From: Balanoglossus misakiensis
Taxonomy: Eukaryota; Animalia; Hemichordata
NCBI GenBank assembly: GCA_040954595.2
Contig: CM082580.2
Location: 6,889,519 to 6,953,518, forward strand
Direction of reading: 5' to 3'
Length of the DNA: 64,000 nucleotides
In this document: piece after piece, positions 13,045-25,253 of the stretch
How the letters are laid out: every line of letters begins with the position of its first letter
How positions within the stretch are numbered: the first letter of the stretch is position 1
Notes under the pieces: generated by a model
The model's input: the letters and a program-made list of their open reading frames with translations, nothing else
What the model was told of the DNA's origin: nothing
Databases searched by the model: none
Translations under genes and position numbers: made by a program

Positions 13045-13101
13045 TTAAAACTCTTACTACGGTTGAGCGATATGTGAGAATTATCCTACTGTTATGCAAA
13101 T
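13045..13101 (-). promoter_or_regulatory. Putative snRNA promoter: PSE-like element and octamer
   Basis: Minus-strand TCAACCGTAGTAAGAG starts ~60 nt upstream of the U1 5' end, the expected PSE position. A perfect octamer ATGCAAAT lies at 13094-13101. Confidence 0.5.
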
Positions 13102-13371
13102 ATATACCATTGTTATTTAAAAATTCTCCTGTACTTTAACAAATGGGGCGATTGCGCCATAGAAACAACCGGCTCGTTATTTTACTTTGACCTACGTGAA
13201 CTGTGTTATGAGACACAGACGTTGTACTATTGAGCAAACATCAGTACTTCTCAAGCATTCCTAGTAATACTAAAAAATGTATATATATAAAAAATGTTCG
13301 CTCGTCGCTCCTGGAACTTGTCCAAAAAATCCGATGAACAAGAATATTGTTCTCTCTGGCCTGACCTATGT

Positions 13372-14467
13372 TTGGTTGATGACGTCATTTGGGTATTTAC
13401 GGTGACGATTTCCAGTATAAATCGACAGGGGCGATTGAAGTGACTTGCCACTGACTCAGTCACAGCAGGAAGAGTAACTGTTAAGGCAATCAGCGGTGTA
13501 CAAACGCGGTAAGAATTCACAATCTGATCCTGACCAGATTAATGCTAAGGTATATCTAACTGTCGATAATCTAACCATGATCTACTAAGTACAGCGTCCA
13601 CAATGTGGTGCGGTGATTTTGTAAGAACGAAAGAGAAACTACAAACTGTGAGAGTTTTCAATCGTTGAATGTTGATGCCATTGTTCTGCTTTGCTTTGCT
13701 TCGCTCGTCGACTAAACACTGTGAAGGTGTTCAAACAATTTCGTCTTCTGGCGACCTACCTGGAGAAAACAGATCTGACACTAAAACCAATTGCGTTTCG
13801 TATAGTCTCCATGGCAATTCAAGTTTACTGTTTATGCCTTTTTTACCCGTTTGGTTGATGACGTCATTTGGGTATTTACGGTGACGATGTCCAGTATAAA
13901 TCGACAGGGACGATTGAAGTGACTTGCCACTGACTCAGCCACAGCTGGAAGAAGAGTACCTGTAAAGGCAATCAGCGGTGTACAAACACAGTAAGAATTC
14001 ACAATCTGATCCTGACCAGATTAATGCTATAGAAATAATGGACGACGCCCTGACCATTAATTAACGTGTGTTTATGGGCGTGGGCTCGAGGAAAGCAAAA
14101 ATTCATGGGCTCGGCAATATAATAAGGACAATCTGATCCTGACCAGATTAATGCTATTAGGTATATCTAACTGTCGATAATTTAGCCATGATCTAAGTAC
14201 AGCGTCCACAATGTGGTGCGGTGATTTTGTAAGAGCGAAAGAGAAACTACAAACTGTGAAAGTTTTCAATCGTTGATGCCATTGTTCTGCTTTGCTTTGC
14301 TTTGCTTCGCTCTTCGACTAAACACTGTGAATGTGCGTTCAATACCCACTTTTCCGGTTTGGAACAAACAATTTCGTCTTCTGGCGACCTACCTGGAGAA
14401 AACAGATCACTAAAACCAAAGGCGTTTCGTATAGTCTCCATGGCAATTCAAGTTTACTGTTTATGCT
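13372..14467 (+). repeat. Tandem duplication (offset 479 bp) of a core promoter, non-coding first exon and intron start
   Basis: Copy 1 ~13372-13840, copy 2 ~13851-14467. Each has TGACGTCA (13380, 13859), TATAAA (13416, 13895), TGACTCA and a GTAAGA donor (13509, 13991). Copy 2 has a ~100-bp insert between 30-bp direct repeats (14001-14030, 14128-14157). Confidence 0.85.
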
Positions 14468-14601
14468 TTTAGTTTAAAAATTATAGAGTAGGGGATATAC
14501 ATATTACCGTTCTGAGAGATGAACTTGATTTTCTTTACAGTGAACAACAGCAACAACATATCACGTGACTTTTTGATCGGTATCAAGGAAACAACTGAAG
14601 C

Positions 14602-15273
14602 ATGGCATCGCCGTCCGTGGACGAGGTTACCAAAAAGCTAGGCTCATTGAAGGTGTATGACTCTCACGAAAAATACAAAGAACTGAAAACGAAAATGATC
14701 GACGGAAACCTTCGCGGAGGAAACATGGAAGAAATTTCCGTCTTCTATCACGTGACGACAGCAGAAAAGAAGGCGGAAATATTAAAGTCACGAATGCTCA
14801 AGGCCAATGAGTGCAAGTCACAAAAGTTGGGTCCCTGTGGGCCAATCGTCGGCAACACCGGGGTTTTCTTCTGTTGCAGCCTGACTAAAAATGGCGCGGG
14901 ACAAATAGCCCTTCCCGAAGATTCTCCATACGGCACCGAGCGAGTCCAAATTCCAGTGGAAAGATTTTTCGGGGGTACGGGTGGATGGCGCCTTTCTTTT
15001 GATTCCTACAGATGGTGCAGTGGGCACTGCTATGTATACTTAGTTTTAGACCGGGAGTATAACGTAGGAATCACCCGATTTTGTAAGGAAAATCTGTATC
15101 AAATAGATCTGCAAAATGACGTCATATTCCGACGCACCTGGAGCGGTAACTATGAAGCTTACCACAAAATAGTTAACAAGAACATCTTTTGGGTCGAGAT
15201 CTTCGTTCTGGGTGACATTGTGCTGACGGGCAATGAACAATGGGACACTGTGCGCTGGACCAAAGAGCAGTGA
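14602..15273 (+). CDS. PHYHIP/PHYHIPL C-terminal-domain-like protein, 223 aa, single coding exon, no FN3 domain
   Basis: Motifs GVFF, LPEDSPYGTERVQIPVERFF, HCYVYLVL, RFCKENL and VEIF follow the order of the PHYHIP C-domain as recalled. Good ATG context (aagcATGG); splice acceptor tttctttacag at 14530-14540. Confidence 0.8.
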   Translation: MASPSVDEVTKKLGSLKVYDSHEKYKELKTKMIDGNLRGGNMEEISVFYHVTTAEKKAEILKSRMLKANECKSQKLGPCGPIVGNTGVFFCCSLTKNGAGQIALPEDSPYGTERVQIPVERFFGGTGGWRLSFDSYRWCSGHCYVYLVLDREYNVGITRFCKENLYQIDLQNDVIFRRTWSGNYEAYHKIVNKNIFWVEIFVLGDIVLTGNEQWDTVRWTKEQ

Positions 15274-16235
15274 AGCAGTGTGGGGCGCCAGTCCACGCAA
15301 GGAAAAAATGACCTCACCCCATACCATATTTTCAGCCGACTATACCACCGCTGCTCATTCTGATTAATACACAGTGATGAAAGACAATTTTACATTGTAT
15401 AAGCAAATTCATGCAATGACGTGATACCAATGCCTATATCAATGTAATAATATACACAAGCTTATTAATTTTTAATAGAATATGTACTAGCTGCACTTTA
15501 TTGTAATCAAAATTGCGAGGACAATTTGCATGTAAGTGTACTCGTCAGACATACTAGTCAGCTCACAGTGGTTTATTACTAGTATTATGTAATACCATAC
15601 GGGATATTTTGGGAAGTAGAAAAATATTATCCCTGCGCACGAGATATCACGTTTTGCAACACCTTTTTTGTTGTCAGTGCTGTATTGTCGCCATGACTTC
15701 ATCTTGCCTTTTATTTTTTAGGTTTGTTGTAAATAGCTGCTAGTGTTTTATATATATGCTGAATAAAAATATTTACAACAGATTCGACACATTTATTGGC
15801 CAGATGACAGAGAAACCCGATAAGAGTACATGTTGACAATCATATGCATAATTGCGTAATTCTTTGATTACGTCATAAGTGGTCCAATGAGTCATGGTAG
15901 GCCTCTTATTAGAAATTTTACTCAGAAACGACATTTCGAACGACATTTTAACCCCTAATGATTTTTTTTCGCCGATTCTGTTCAAATATGAACTGACAGA
16001 ACAAATCTGATATGCTTTCATCAAGTTATATAAAATATAAAATACCAATACGACTGAAGCGCATTTCAAAAAAGTCTCCCGCAGAAATGATTGGGCAGGT
16101 GACCCTTGCACTGTTCCCGGCCGCTTGTCCTCCTCCACCCTGCACCAACGCTAATCGGATTACAGGGGCGTCACTCCTATATATATTCAATCCAGTCCGC
16201 TCCGTGGCCAGCATTTGATTTGGAGGCAGGCGAAG

Positions 16236-18663
16236 ATGGCGCAACCAGACTACAACGCTATCATGGAAGACGCCGTGAAAAAGTTGTGGGAGTACAAGAC
16301 CGATGAGAGAGACTGGAAACATCTTAAGACGGTGGTAAGACAGCCCAAGGAACTACAGCGTGCACGTACGTGCGTGCACGTTTGTATAATAGTATTCACA
16401 CAATCGAGAGAGAAAAAAGTTCCCGGGGGAGGGCTATGCTTGTGCCGACTTCTCTGTTGGGCGTTGCGTGCAAATACTTGTTCGGCCAAGCCGATGAGTA
16501 AACGAAATTCTCCGATTAGCTTGGAACAATGTGCGGGTACATAATATAGAATTGGTCGTTTGCGGGAAGTCATGAGAACTTACCTTTAAGAAAACTTTAG
16601 CATACATTTTCCCCTTTTCACCCAATTTGGTTTCTCTTACCGATCTCCGACACTGACTATGCGGGTCGCCGTCATCTCGTCTGTTGTTAGGACAATTTTT
16701 GTAAGCAGAGTCTCTGGTTTGGTAAATGCACATAAGGCGACCGTCGCCCTTTAAAAGTTATACATGATGAATTAATTTTCGACATCCGCATTACTTTCAG
16801 GGAGATATAGCTGTCTACCAGAAGAAATCAACACTCTATGATGGAATGATGTGAGTAAAAGCTTACTCTGGACCATATCAAAATGGTCTCGGTTAGAGTG
16901 TGTGGGAATGGATGAGGATAGAATGATAGATTCTAACTGCGAGTGTTGATACATTTGTCCGATTATTGTCTTTGCTTCCATATTAAGGTAGTGCGCGTAT
17001 CTGGGACAGATTTTCAGAATAATGATATAAACCCTCAAAAAACCACCCCAAATTCACCAGACTTATACTGAGAATTCCGCCATGTTTTTTTGACAGATAC
17101 AAGGTCGAGCGCACCATGGATATCAGTCCGCAAAGATTGATTGAATTATCTTTCGACTGGAAATTTTTGGAAACCGCAGAGAAGGACGTGAAAGCCATTG
17201 AACTGGTTGAGCACATTGGTGTAAGTGCTGGCTGTTCAGTTTACTATCGATGACCCCGACGCATTGAGTTAAATGACTACCCAGATGCAGTGCGTGGTTA
17301 TATCTTATAAGCTTACAAGTAGAATTTTGAGAAAACGGTGTTACAATATTGTCATTTTTGGAATTTTTCACAAAAGATATCAGAAGAGGACTACTAGTAC
17401 ATGATATAAAGAAAACACCAGGAAAATGACAGTATTATACTTTTGAGTAATAATCAAGTTACAGCTGTTGGAGATGTTCGTGTTTTTCTTTTCTTATTAA
17501 AGGGTCCTGATAATCTGAAAATAATTCGAACGACGACGGATTCTGCGCTGCTTGGACTCATCTCGGCGAGAGAGTTCATCTCCATGCCTGGTGTACGACA
17601 TTACCCGATGAAGAAACTTCACCTCATTGCCCGTGAGTGAGTGACTTTCTCGCTCTTAGCAGACACGGTCGTTCTCGCGTGGTTCCACGCGTGAAACGAT
17701 TGGATCTGCTTTGGCAGAATTGTCGTTGATCTCTTTGGTCATAACTGCTCCCATTTCGGCGGGCATCGTGCCGCCACAGCTGAGATATGGTGTGTGTAGG
17801 CGTAGACTATAGTGTCTTGAAGGGCGACGATCATGACGACGTCTAATATGCATGTGCCAAATTAGAGATTCTGGTCACAAAATTGTACACAGTCAATGCC
17901 ACATTAGACGATCGTCGGTCTTTAAGTTTAAAGGGGAAGTTCACCAAGGGTGATTATCGAAAATATGTCTTCCAGGAATTCGTCTAACCGATAGAAGTCG
18001 TTTTCACCAACCACAAGTCACCCATATTTGGTAAAATCGAACAAACTTGAATTCAAGTCCGGGTTAGAATAAGTAAACTATTACAATGGCCATTTATCAA
18101 AGTACACGGACTGAGGCTTTCTGGGGAAGCTTAAGACTCAACTTTTTTCGTCATAAAGTTCTCTCGAGAAGAACAAGAGGCCGATACATCCGAGAAAATT
18201 ACTGAAGAAAATGGTCTCCTAACAGAGAAGACGAACGTGTTACTTATCACGCCTGACTTACATTTTGTTCCCATCTACAGACGTCAGTGTCGATCACCCT
18301 AAATTCCCGGTGGACAAGAAAATGGTGCGTGGCACAATTCATCCATCGGGCAGATTCATGTACGAAATAGACGGGTAAGATGTTTTGAAGTCGCGTTGAG
18401 TAGGATTGAACACAGGCAGTCATGTGAAGTTGAATTTCAAATTTGAGACAATTTTAATTCAACGTTTTGCAAAATATGAAGAAACTTGAAGACTCTTCTC
18501 TTTTTTCTCTCACAGTGAGCCAAACAAGTGTCGCATAGTGGAATTCGGACAGACGGATCCCAAAGTTTCCATTCCTAATATAGTAATGCAGCAGGCCATT
18601 CCAAGCGCATTCAAAGCCAAGATCGACCACTTCAACAAAGCACTACAGGCAGCAACCAAATAA
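16236..18663 (+). CDS. START-domain lipid-transfer protein (STARD4/5/6-like), six exons
   Basis: Exons ~16236-16334, 16801-16850, 17097-17220, 17503-17632, 18281-18374, 18516-18663. Motifs WKHLK, LISAREFI, SVDHPKFP, VRGTIHPSG, QTDPKVSIP. TATA-like run ~16177-16186. Confidence 0.88.
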
Positions 18664-19117
18664 GACATTTGCTGTGTAGGCTACCACCTTTATACATCGC
18701 ATGTACGACACATTTTTTTTAGAATCACCACTTCGTTGTTCACAAACAAAACTAATTGTGTTGATTTTGACGATTTTGATAGTGGATTTTGAAAATAAAG
18801 TTGGTGAAGGAACAATGCAGAAGTTGAATAGCGTTTTTTTTAAACACTGAAACGGACACTTTCAAGACTGCACATTGTGACCGTGGTCATATTTAGGCCT
18901 ACGCACATAAAATTTGTCAAATATCTTAGCACAATCATTAAAGAAAATAATCATGCTACCGTGAAAGTGGATATTAAATGGCTGTGGGTAGTATAATACA
19001 TGTACAATACATGTACATGTACTAGTACATACGCATCACGAAAACGTGTTCGTTCGTTCGCTGTCTGTGGAGGAAATCCCGTCGGTGTTAACAAACAAAT
19101 AAACGGGACAGTTCAAG

Positions 19118-22100
19118 ATGGCGGCGCCCGATGTCTCCCATGTGCAAGCGAGGTTTTTCACACAACAAGCTCAGTAAGCACATCATGTATATGCATTTGA
19201 CAGAATGTTTCCTAAAGTCAGAAGATAAGAAACCATTGATACGTAGCATTACCTCAGACATTTTCGCGTAGCCCAGAATGTGTACTGCTCTATGCGTCAG
19301 ATTCATAGTCGTATTCCATACGTGGTGCTGGTGGGGCTTGGCTGTGTGTGTGTTTGTGTTTGACGGTATACCGTATGCATGGCGATAGTATGCGGAAGGA
19401 AGCCTGTCATCTTTCGAGCAGTTGTGTGTCAGGAATATCGTCCTGACATGGACGTACCACAGGTACGACGTTCATGGTCCTAGTCATTTTATTGATGAGA
19501 AGTCTCACACAAGTTTTTTCCCCCTCACCAGATATGCCGTAGCTGACACACCATTTTCAGTCCCAGCCACTGTCCTTGTGAATGATCTGAGTTCACTCAT
19601 TAACAAGTTACTCAATGCAGGTGGGCATCAACAACAAAAATTACAATTTTTACCATTGATATTTTGAGAAGGGATATTCAAGATACATGTATATTGATGT
19701 TTATTATGTTTTATGCAGATGTTTCAGTTTCCTGTTCCCTTCTTAAACCTAATTGGAATGCCACTACAGTGGAATATTTATATCCTTGTCTTTAATTGGA
19801 ATGTTGAACAATGCTCCTATGTACATATATTCAGACTCGGACCACTAAAACGGCTCCATTGTTGTTAATTTTTTTTTTCGTTCTCATTTCAGAGAAAAAC
19901 GCCGATGAAGCCAAAAATGTCAACTTCGACTTTCTCATCCGGGGAGAATTCCTTCGAATCCCCCTGGGAAAGCACATGGAGGAGAGGAACATTTCCACAG
20001 AGACCGTTGTGGAAGTTGAATACCTGGAAAAGCATCCGGCACCAAAACCCGTGGGAAGCATCCTGCACGATGATTGGGTGAGCAGTCTCCGTGGATGCAA
20101 AGACTGGTAAGTGAGGATTGCGTCACTGCGCCAGAAACATCATCTTTTTTCCAGAAAACGTGAAAATGTTCTCAATTGGCCGAGTTGTGCATTGAAGAAA
20201 TAAACTTTGCAGCACTTACAAATGTGTACGTGAAATAGAAAATATAATCAAGTCATTTTCTATTTTTCACATCAACATACTCAATGCTTCTAACCCTTTC
20301 ACCACCATGGCTTTGCCCAATGCCATTGTTTTCGATGGCAAAGACCGCTATACAAGCAAATGGGGGTGGGGGGGGGGGTGGAAGGGTAAATATACAGGAG
20401 TGCACATGCCATTTGAACCAACCTAAAATACATCCAGAAAACACCTAAGGCATGTACACTGTGTGTATGTTTTCTTTATTGCTCTCTGATCTTTTGTTTT
20501 CTGTTTCTTGCTCCAGTGTTGTGAGTGGTTCCTACGACAAATCTGTGAGGGTGTGGAACCTGGATGGAGATAACCTGATCACCATGACGCACCATACAGA
20601 ACCAGTGAAAGCAGTGGCGTGGATCAATAAGGGTGCGTACAATGAACCACCTCACTGAAGCCACATGCTCATTACTGTAAAACGGGAAATTTTGCGAACA
20701 ATAAATTTTTCGCAAACTTCGCGAGAGCAAAAAAAAAAAACGCGAAAATTAAAAATGTTTTTCAGAGATAGCAATGCAGAGAAATACGAGAAAGCAAAAA
20801 TTAATCGTCGCGTAAAGTTGCCTCTTGTGATAATATCCTGTTGAGAAAATTTCCCGTTTTACAGTACATGTATTAGTTTTGGCTGAAACAACTCCAGTGT
20901 ACTCGTAATTGCTCATGCAGATTTTATTCGTCCGATAGATGAGAGTGTCAGCCACATCGTGAGTGGATCACACGACCAAACATTGTTGATCTGGGAGTGG
21001 AACGTGGAGAATAACACGGCCACATGTCTGTACAGTTGTCGAGGACACGCCCGGAGTGTGGACTGTGTTGCCGTGGACGCGAGTCAAACGCGGGTAAGGG
21101 AACTGGCTGTATTCCTGACCCCTAGGTGACCTTTGCATCTGTGTCCATTCATTGGAAGTTTGGTTAAAAACTACAAAAGTTTGCATCACTACTGCTGCAT
21201 TCACTGAACTCTGTACTGAGCAGCTGGTGAATTCATTTTCAAGCGAAACTTCACGTTTCTTGAAGTTGGCAGTTTGTTGCACACTGTTTGACAGCCGCAA
21301 TAAATAGCTGAAGAAATTATTTGCAACAGTTTCCAGCATGCTCAGCGTTCTGATTTATTGTTGTGTTATCTTTTATTTTCAGTTTTGCAGTGGGTCATAC
21401 GACAAAATGTTGAAAGTTTGGTCGGCAAGTAAGTGCATGTTTCCTTTTGTCCGCATATGCTTGTCAGAGTCGACATAACCACCACTCAGTCATTCAGCAG
21501 CAGTGTTGAAGTTTTGTGTAGCATGTCACCATATGTAAGGATGTTGGTGGGGGGGTTGACTGTATACCTTTTAAGCCAATTAATAGCTTTGTAGGTGCTT
21601 CGTGGTAATACCATGACAAGACTAAACACACTGGGCCGGGTACATTGCCTGGGTAATTGAGCACACCTTCTGTTTCCATGGTCACCAAATGACCTATTTG
21701 TGACATCACACTCTCGCAGACACAGACGATACGGCAGAAGACATCGAAGACACAGACATCAAATCACGGAAAAGGAAAAGAACGGAGGAGTGGAAACCAA
21801 TCACCAGGGTATGCATTCACAAAGTGTTTTGACCGCATTGACTTTTTAGGAATATAGTCAAGTCTTATTTACGTAAGCTCTATCAGGTCATTGCTAAGTC
21901 TTCCTTTTATTGACCATATGGTGGCAGACTAATATAAATGTTTGCATTTTCAGACTCCTCTGATGACGCTGGAGGGACACAAAGAAGCCATCTCCTCCGT
22001 TTTATGGTCGGATGTCAATGAAGTGTGCAGTGCATCATGGGACCATACAATAAAATTATGGGATGTTCATGAAGGAGTGCATAAAAAAACTCTGGTGAGT

Positions 22101-23311
22101 GAATAATTTCCACTCCCATTTTCTCTCCAAATGTGTAGTGGATTTGTGGAACTTGAAGTTATGCTGAGAACATCTCAATTGTGCCGATTGGCCGTCCTGT
22201 ATTGAGAATCTTTTCTGTTTTATCATTGCAGACGGGTACAAAGGCTTTCCTCAGTATATCGTATTCACCATTGTCTCAGTTGATAGCGTCTGGTAGCGTT
22301 GACCGACACGTCAGACTCTGGGACCCAAGGATAGAAGGTAACATAGATGGTTACATTGCCTTTTTGCAGAGAATAGACAATTTTCACATGACATCTCATG
22401 TGGCTGGGCAGTTTATATGGGAGGACATCCTGTTGTGACGCAGGACAAAAAAATGACCCATCTTGCAATTTTTGTTCAAGTCTAAAATCTATTCCAGCTT
22501 TTCTAGTATCACTCGACCATTCACCAAGTCTTGTGAGATCTCGCAGTGAGTGATAAACCATCTACTGCAGGTCAGTTAGTATTTTCGCTGATCAGACATT
22601 AACTTCAGGTAATTTCTGTTCTCAGATGGTGCGGTGGTCAAGACCTCATTAAGCAGTCACCAAGGCTGGGTCACATCTGTTGCCTGGTCACCTGTGAACC
22701 AGCATCAGCTAATCTCAGGATCTTACGATAAAACCATCAAACTCTGGGACACAAGAAGGTAATGCAAATTAGATGAGCAATAAAGCCCCCCCCCCCCCTT
22801 CCTCCCAACTAGACAAGAAGATCTTTGAGAAATGAAGATTTTCAAGAAATGGACTCCGACACCTAGGCAGATGAATGAATAAATTGACTTATTATTAATG
22901 GATGGCTGGGCGGGCATATGGATTTTTGTGTCAAGCTATACATTATATTTATCGTTCTTTTTGTATTTTTCTCAGTCCAAAGGCTCCCCTGTACAACATG
23001 TCTGGTTTAGAAGATCGAGTACTAGCTGTCGACTGGTCAATACCTGAGGCATGTATCGTGCTAATTTCCACCTCTCTGTAAATATTTTGAGGAACCCAAG
23101 TGCGTTGATTTATATTCAGCTACAGAGATGAGCATGACATCGACACACACTACACCTTGGTCTCAGATGTGCTTTACTTTCAAGCTAACCAGTTCTCCTT
23201 TCCCCATTACCACAGGTATTGTTGTGCGGTGGTGTTGATAATTGCGTCCATGCCTTCCAAGCATCGAATATGACTCCTCCCCAAGAAATGGAAGAAGAGA
23301 GCAAAGGATAG
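19118..23311 (+). CDS. WDR12: Ribosome biogenesis protein WDR12 (Ytm1): NLE domain plus WD40 repeats
   Basis: Peptides [57 protein letters not shown] repeats, [26 protein letters not shown]; multi-exon, stop at 23309-23311. Confidence 0.96.
20675..20864. mobile_element. 190-bp MITE with TA flanks (Tc1/mariner-type TSD) in a WDR12 intron
   Basis: ta|ctgtaaaacgggaaattt ... aaatttcccgttttacag|ta: a perfect 18-bp terminal inverted repeat. Confidence 0.75.
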
Positions 23312-24296
23312 TCAGCAGTATTTTCTCGCGCGATTTTTATTCGTAACAGTTGGGGTTACTTTTAGCAATAAACCTTGCACAAGCAAAGTGTCTGTGAAAT
23401 CTGCCTTTTTGGGAATTACTTCCGATATTCACAGATGCCAAAAACAGGCTACTGGGTACACACAGATTCTGGTATACTGCAGCACATGTAGCTTGTTGTA
23501 CATGAAGTGCAGTGTTCCTGTAACTCCGTGTATGCTTTGTCCATTACATTGTCGGTTCAATGTACATGTATATCCCCATTCACCAAGTATGCAGTCTCTA
23601 ACTTGGTTGTTTGGCTCAGTGATTTTGCTTAATAATTCTTTACTATCAATCACGTGATCTGGCAATGTGACCCACGGCGTTGTCATTTCCAGATGAGGGG
23701 CAAGCAATATTTCGGCATCCAATAAAAGTTTTTCCGAGTATATACCGCCAGACATGTATCAGGTATGGTGCCTTATCAGCCTCGTGGAGTTTCGTCTGCA
23801 CAGTCTTTGGCTGCACCACGTTGATGAAGTTGCCCGTCATATGGAGCGCGTCTGACGTCATTTGATATCGAAGAATTAGCGTACAGTGTGGACCTGATGC
23901 TATTTTCGTGTCACCTTCTTGAATCCCGAGACACTCTGGATTAAAGTTCGGTGTCATTTATGAGGTTTTAACCGTTTCACCACCGTGGTTCAGTCCACAC
24001 CCATTGTTTTCTACGGTAAGAAAACGGGAAAATCTCGAGATAAAAATATTAGATAATACGGAAAACGAACAAAATTATCTCGAGATAAAAAAACTTGATT
24101 TAACAAACAATTATTCCGAGATAAAAGCAATTAGGTTACAGAAGACGAACATCATCTGGAAATCTCGAGTTTAAACAATTTGATTACAGAAGATAATTAA
24201 AATTTTAGATTACAGAAATATGAAAAAAGTTTAACTATAAGCTGAAAGATTTGGAGGACTATCTTGTTTTTCTACAGATTATTCCCCGTTGTCATT

Positions 24297-24436
24297 TCAT
24301 TTCTTTAGAGCGACCCCTGGAGCTTGCCAGGTGATGATATCGGATAAAAACAAACTAGTCCTTCCCAGTGCATCTCGGTAATGTCGAACCCGACGAGACC
24401 AGCTAGAAACCGTCGTAGACAAGAATACCTTGGCTC
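24297..24436 (-). CDS. Duplicated, possibly alternative, last coding exon of the minus-strand fucosyltransferase-like gene
   Basis: Intact acceptor ttttattgcag in the same phase as the proximal last exon (25254-25393). Encodes AKVFLSTTVSSWSRRVRHYRDALGRTSLFLSDIITWQAPGVALKK* with the same stop position. Confidence 0.65.
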
Positions 24437-24908
24437 CTGCAATAAAAAAAAAACAATCAAGATAAACGGATGAGTTGGCAAAATCTACAACTATACTCGT
24501 TTCACCAGCAAATCTGTAGAGGGTATGAGACACTGGCCTTTCTATAGCTAGACTCTCTCGAATCCCCTCTCGCCGCCTACGCAGACTTATCTGGTTGAAT
24601 GTGCGCCCTCATCATGCTACTATTTGAACGCGGTCTTCCATAAAAGTTGTTCAGATAATAGTCCCTCTTAATATTACAGGACTGTGATCAGATGTGGAGA
24701 CAGGCGACAGAACAGAACACGAACAGCAGAGACCCAAGCAACGTTAAAGACTCAGTCCATCTCTAGAGCTGATTGGAATTAGATTGCTCTTGCTTCTATT
24801 CGGCTGTTAGTTTTTGAATAATAAAAGCGGCTATTAAAGTAGTACTCCTTTTGTCTAGGCGGCGTGAGTGTGAATCAGGTCTTATCGTGCAGCCTAAATT
24901 TTAGATAA

Positions 24909-25229
24909 GGTAGTACGCGCCTCGAATTTTTGCTCAGGTTAGATTATTCTATACCGAGAAAACCACATCAGGGGTCACCATGCAAAATTTTGAACGATAG
25001 AGCATAATTATGTCATATTTGAAATTCAAAATGGCCGCCAATCTATGGAGATAATCTAAAGTAGTGATTTGTACGAAAACAAGACGGTGAACACCCTAGG
25101 CCTATATCTTCTTTTCCCCCAAAAAAGCCTCCTCGCACACTTCAACCAATTATGTGCTTCAACATAGCAAAGGTTTGGAGGACTGTCGTTTTTTTCTTCT
25201 GAAAATCGGTTTCTGAGGCGCACACTACC
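24909..25229. mobile_element. ~320-bp TIR element with (A/T)TAA flanks (Kolobok-like MITE)
   Basis: Imperfect TIRs ggtagtacgcgcctc / gaggcgcacactacc. The internal segment (tgcaaaattttgaa...ttcaaaatggccgccaatc) recurs inverted at ~62068-62242. Confidence 0.55.
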
Positions 25230-25253
25230 TTAATATAATAAGCGGTGGCCTTT

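Noticed and set aside
18998-19030. TACATGTA palindrome runs here and elsewhere
   Set aside because: A common simple motif dispersed through the window with no locus-specific structure.
22338-22625. Possible intronic snoRNA in WDR12
   Set aside because: No convincing C box/D box pair with a terminal stem or H/ACA layout was found by eye; an Infernal or snoscan search would be needed.
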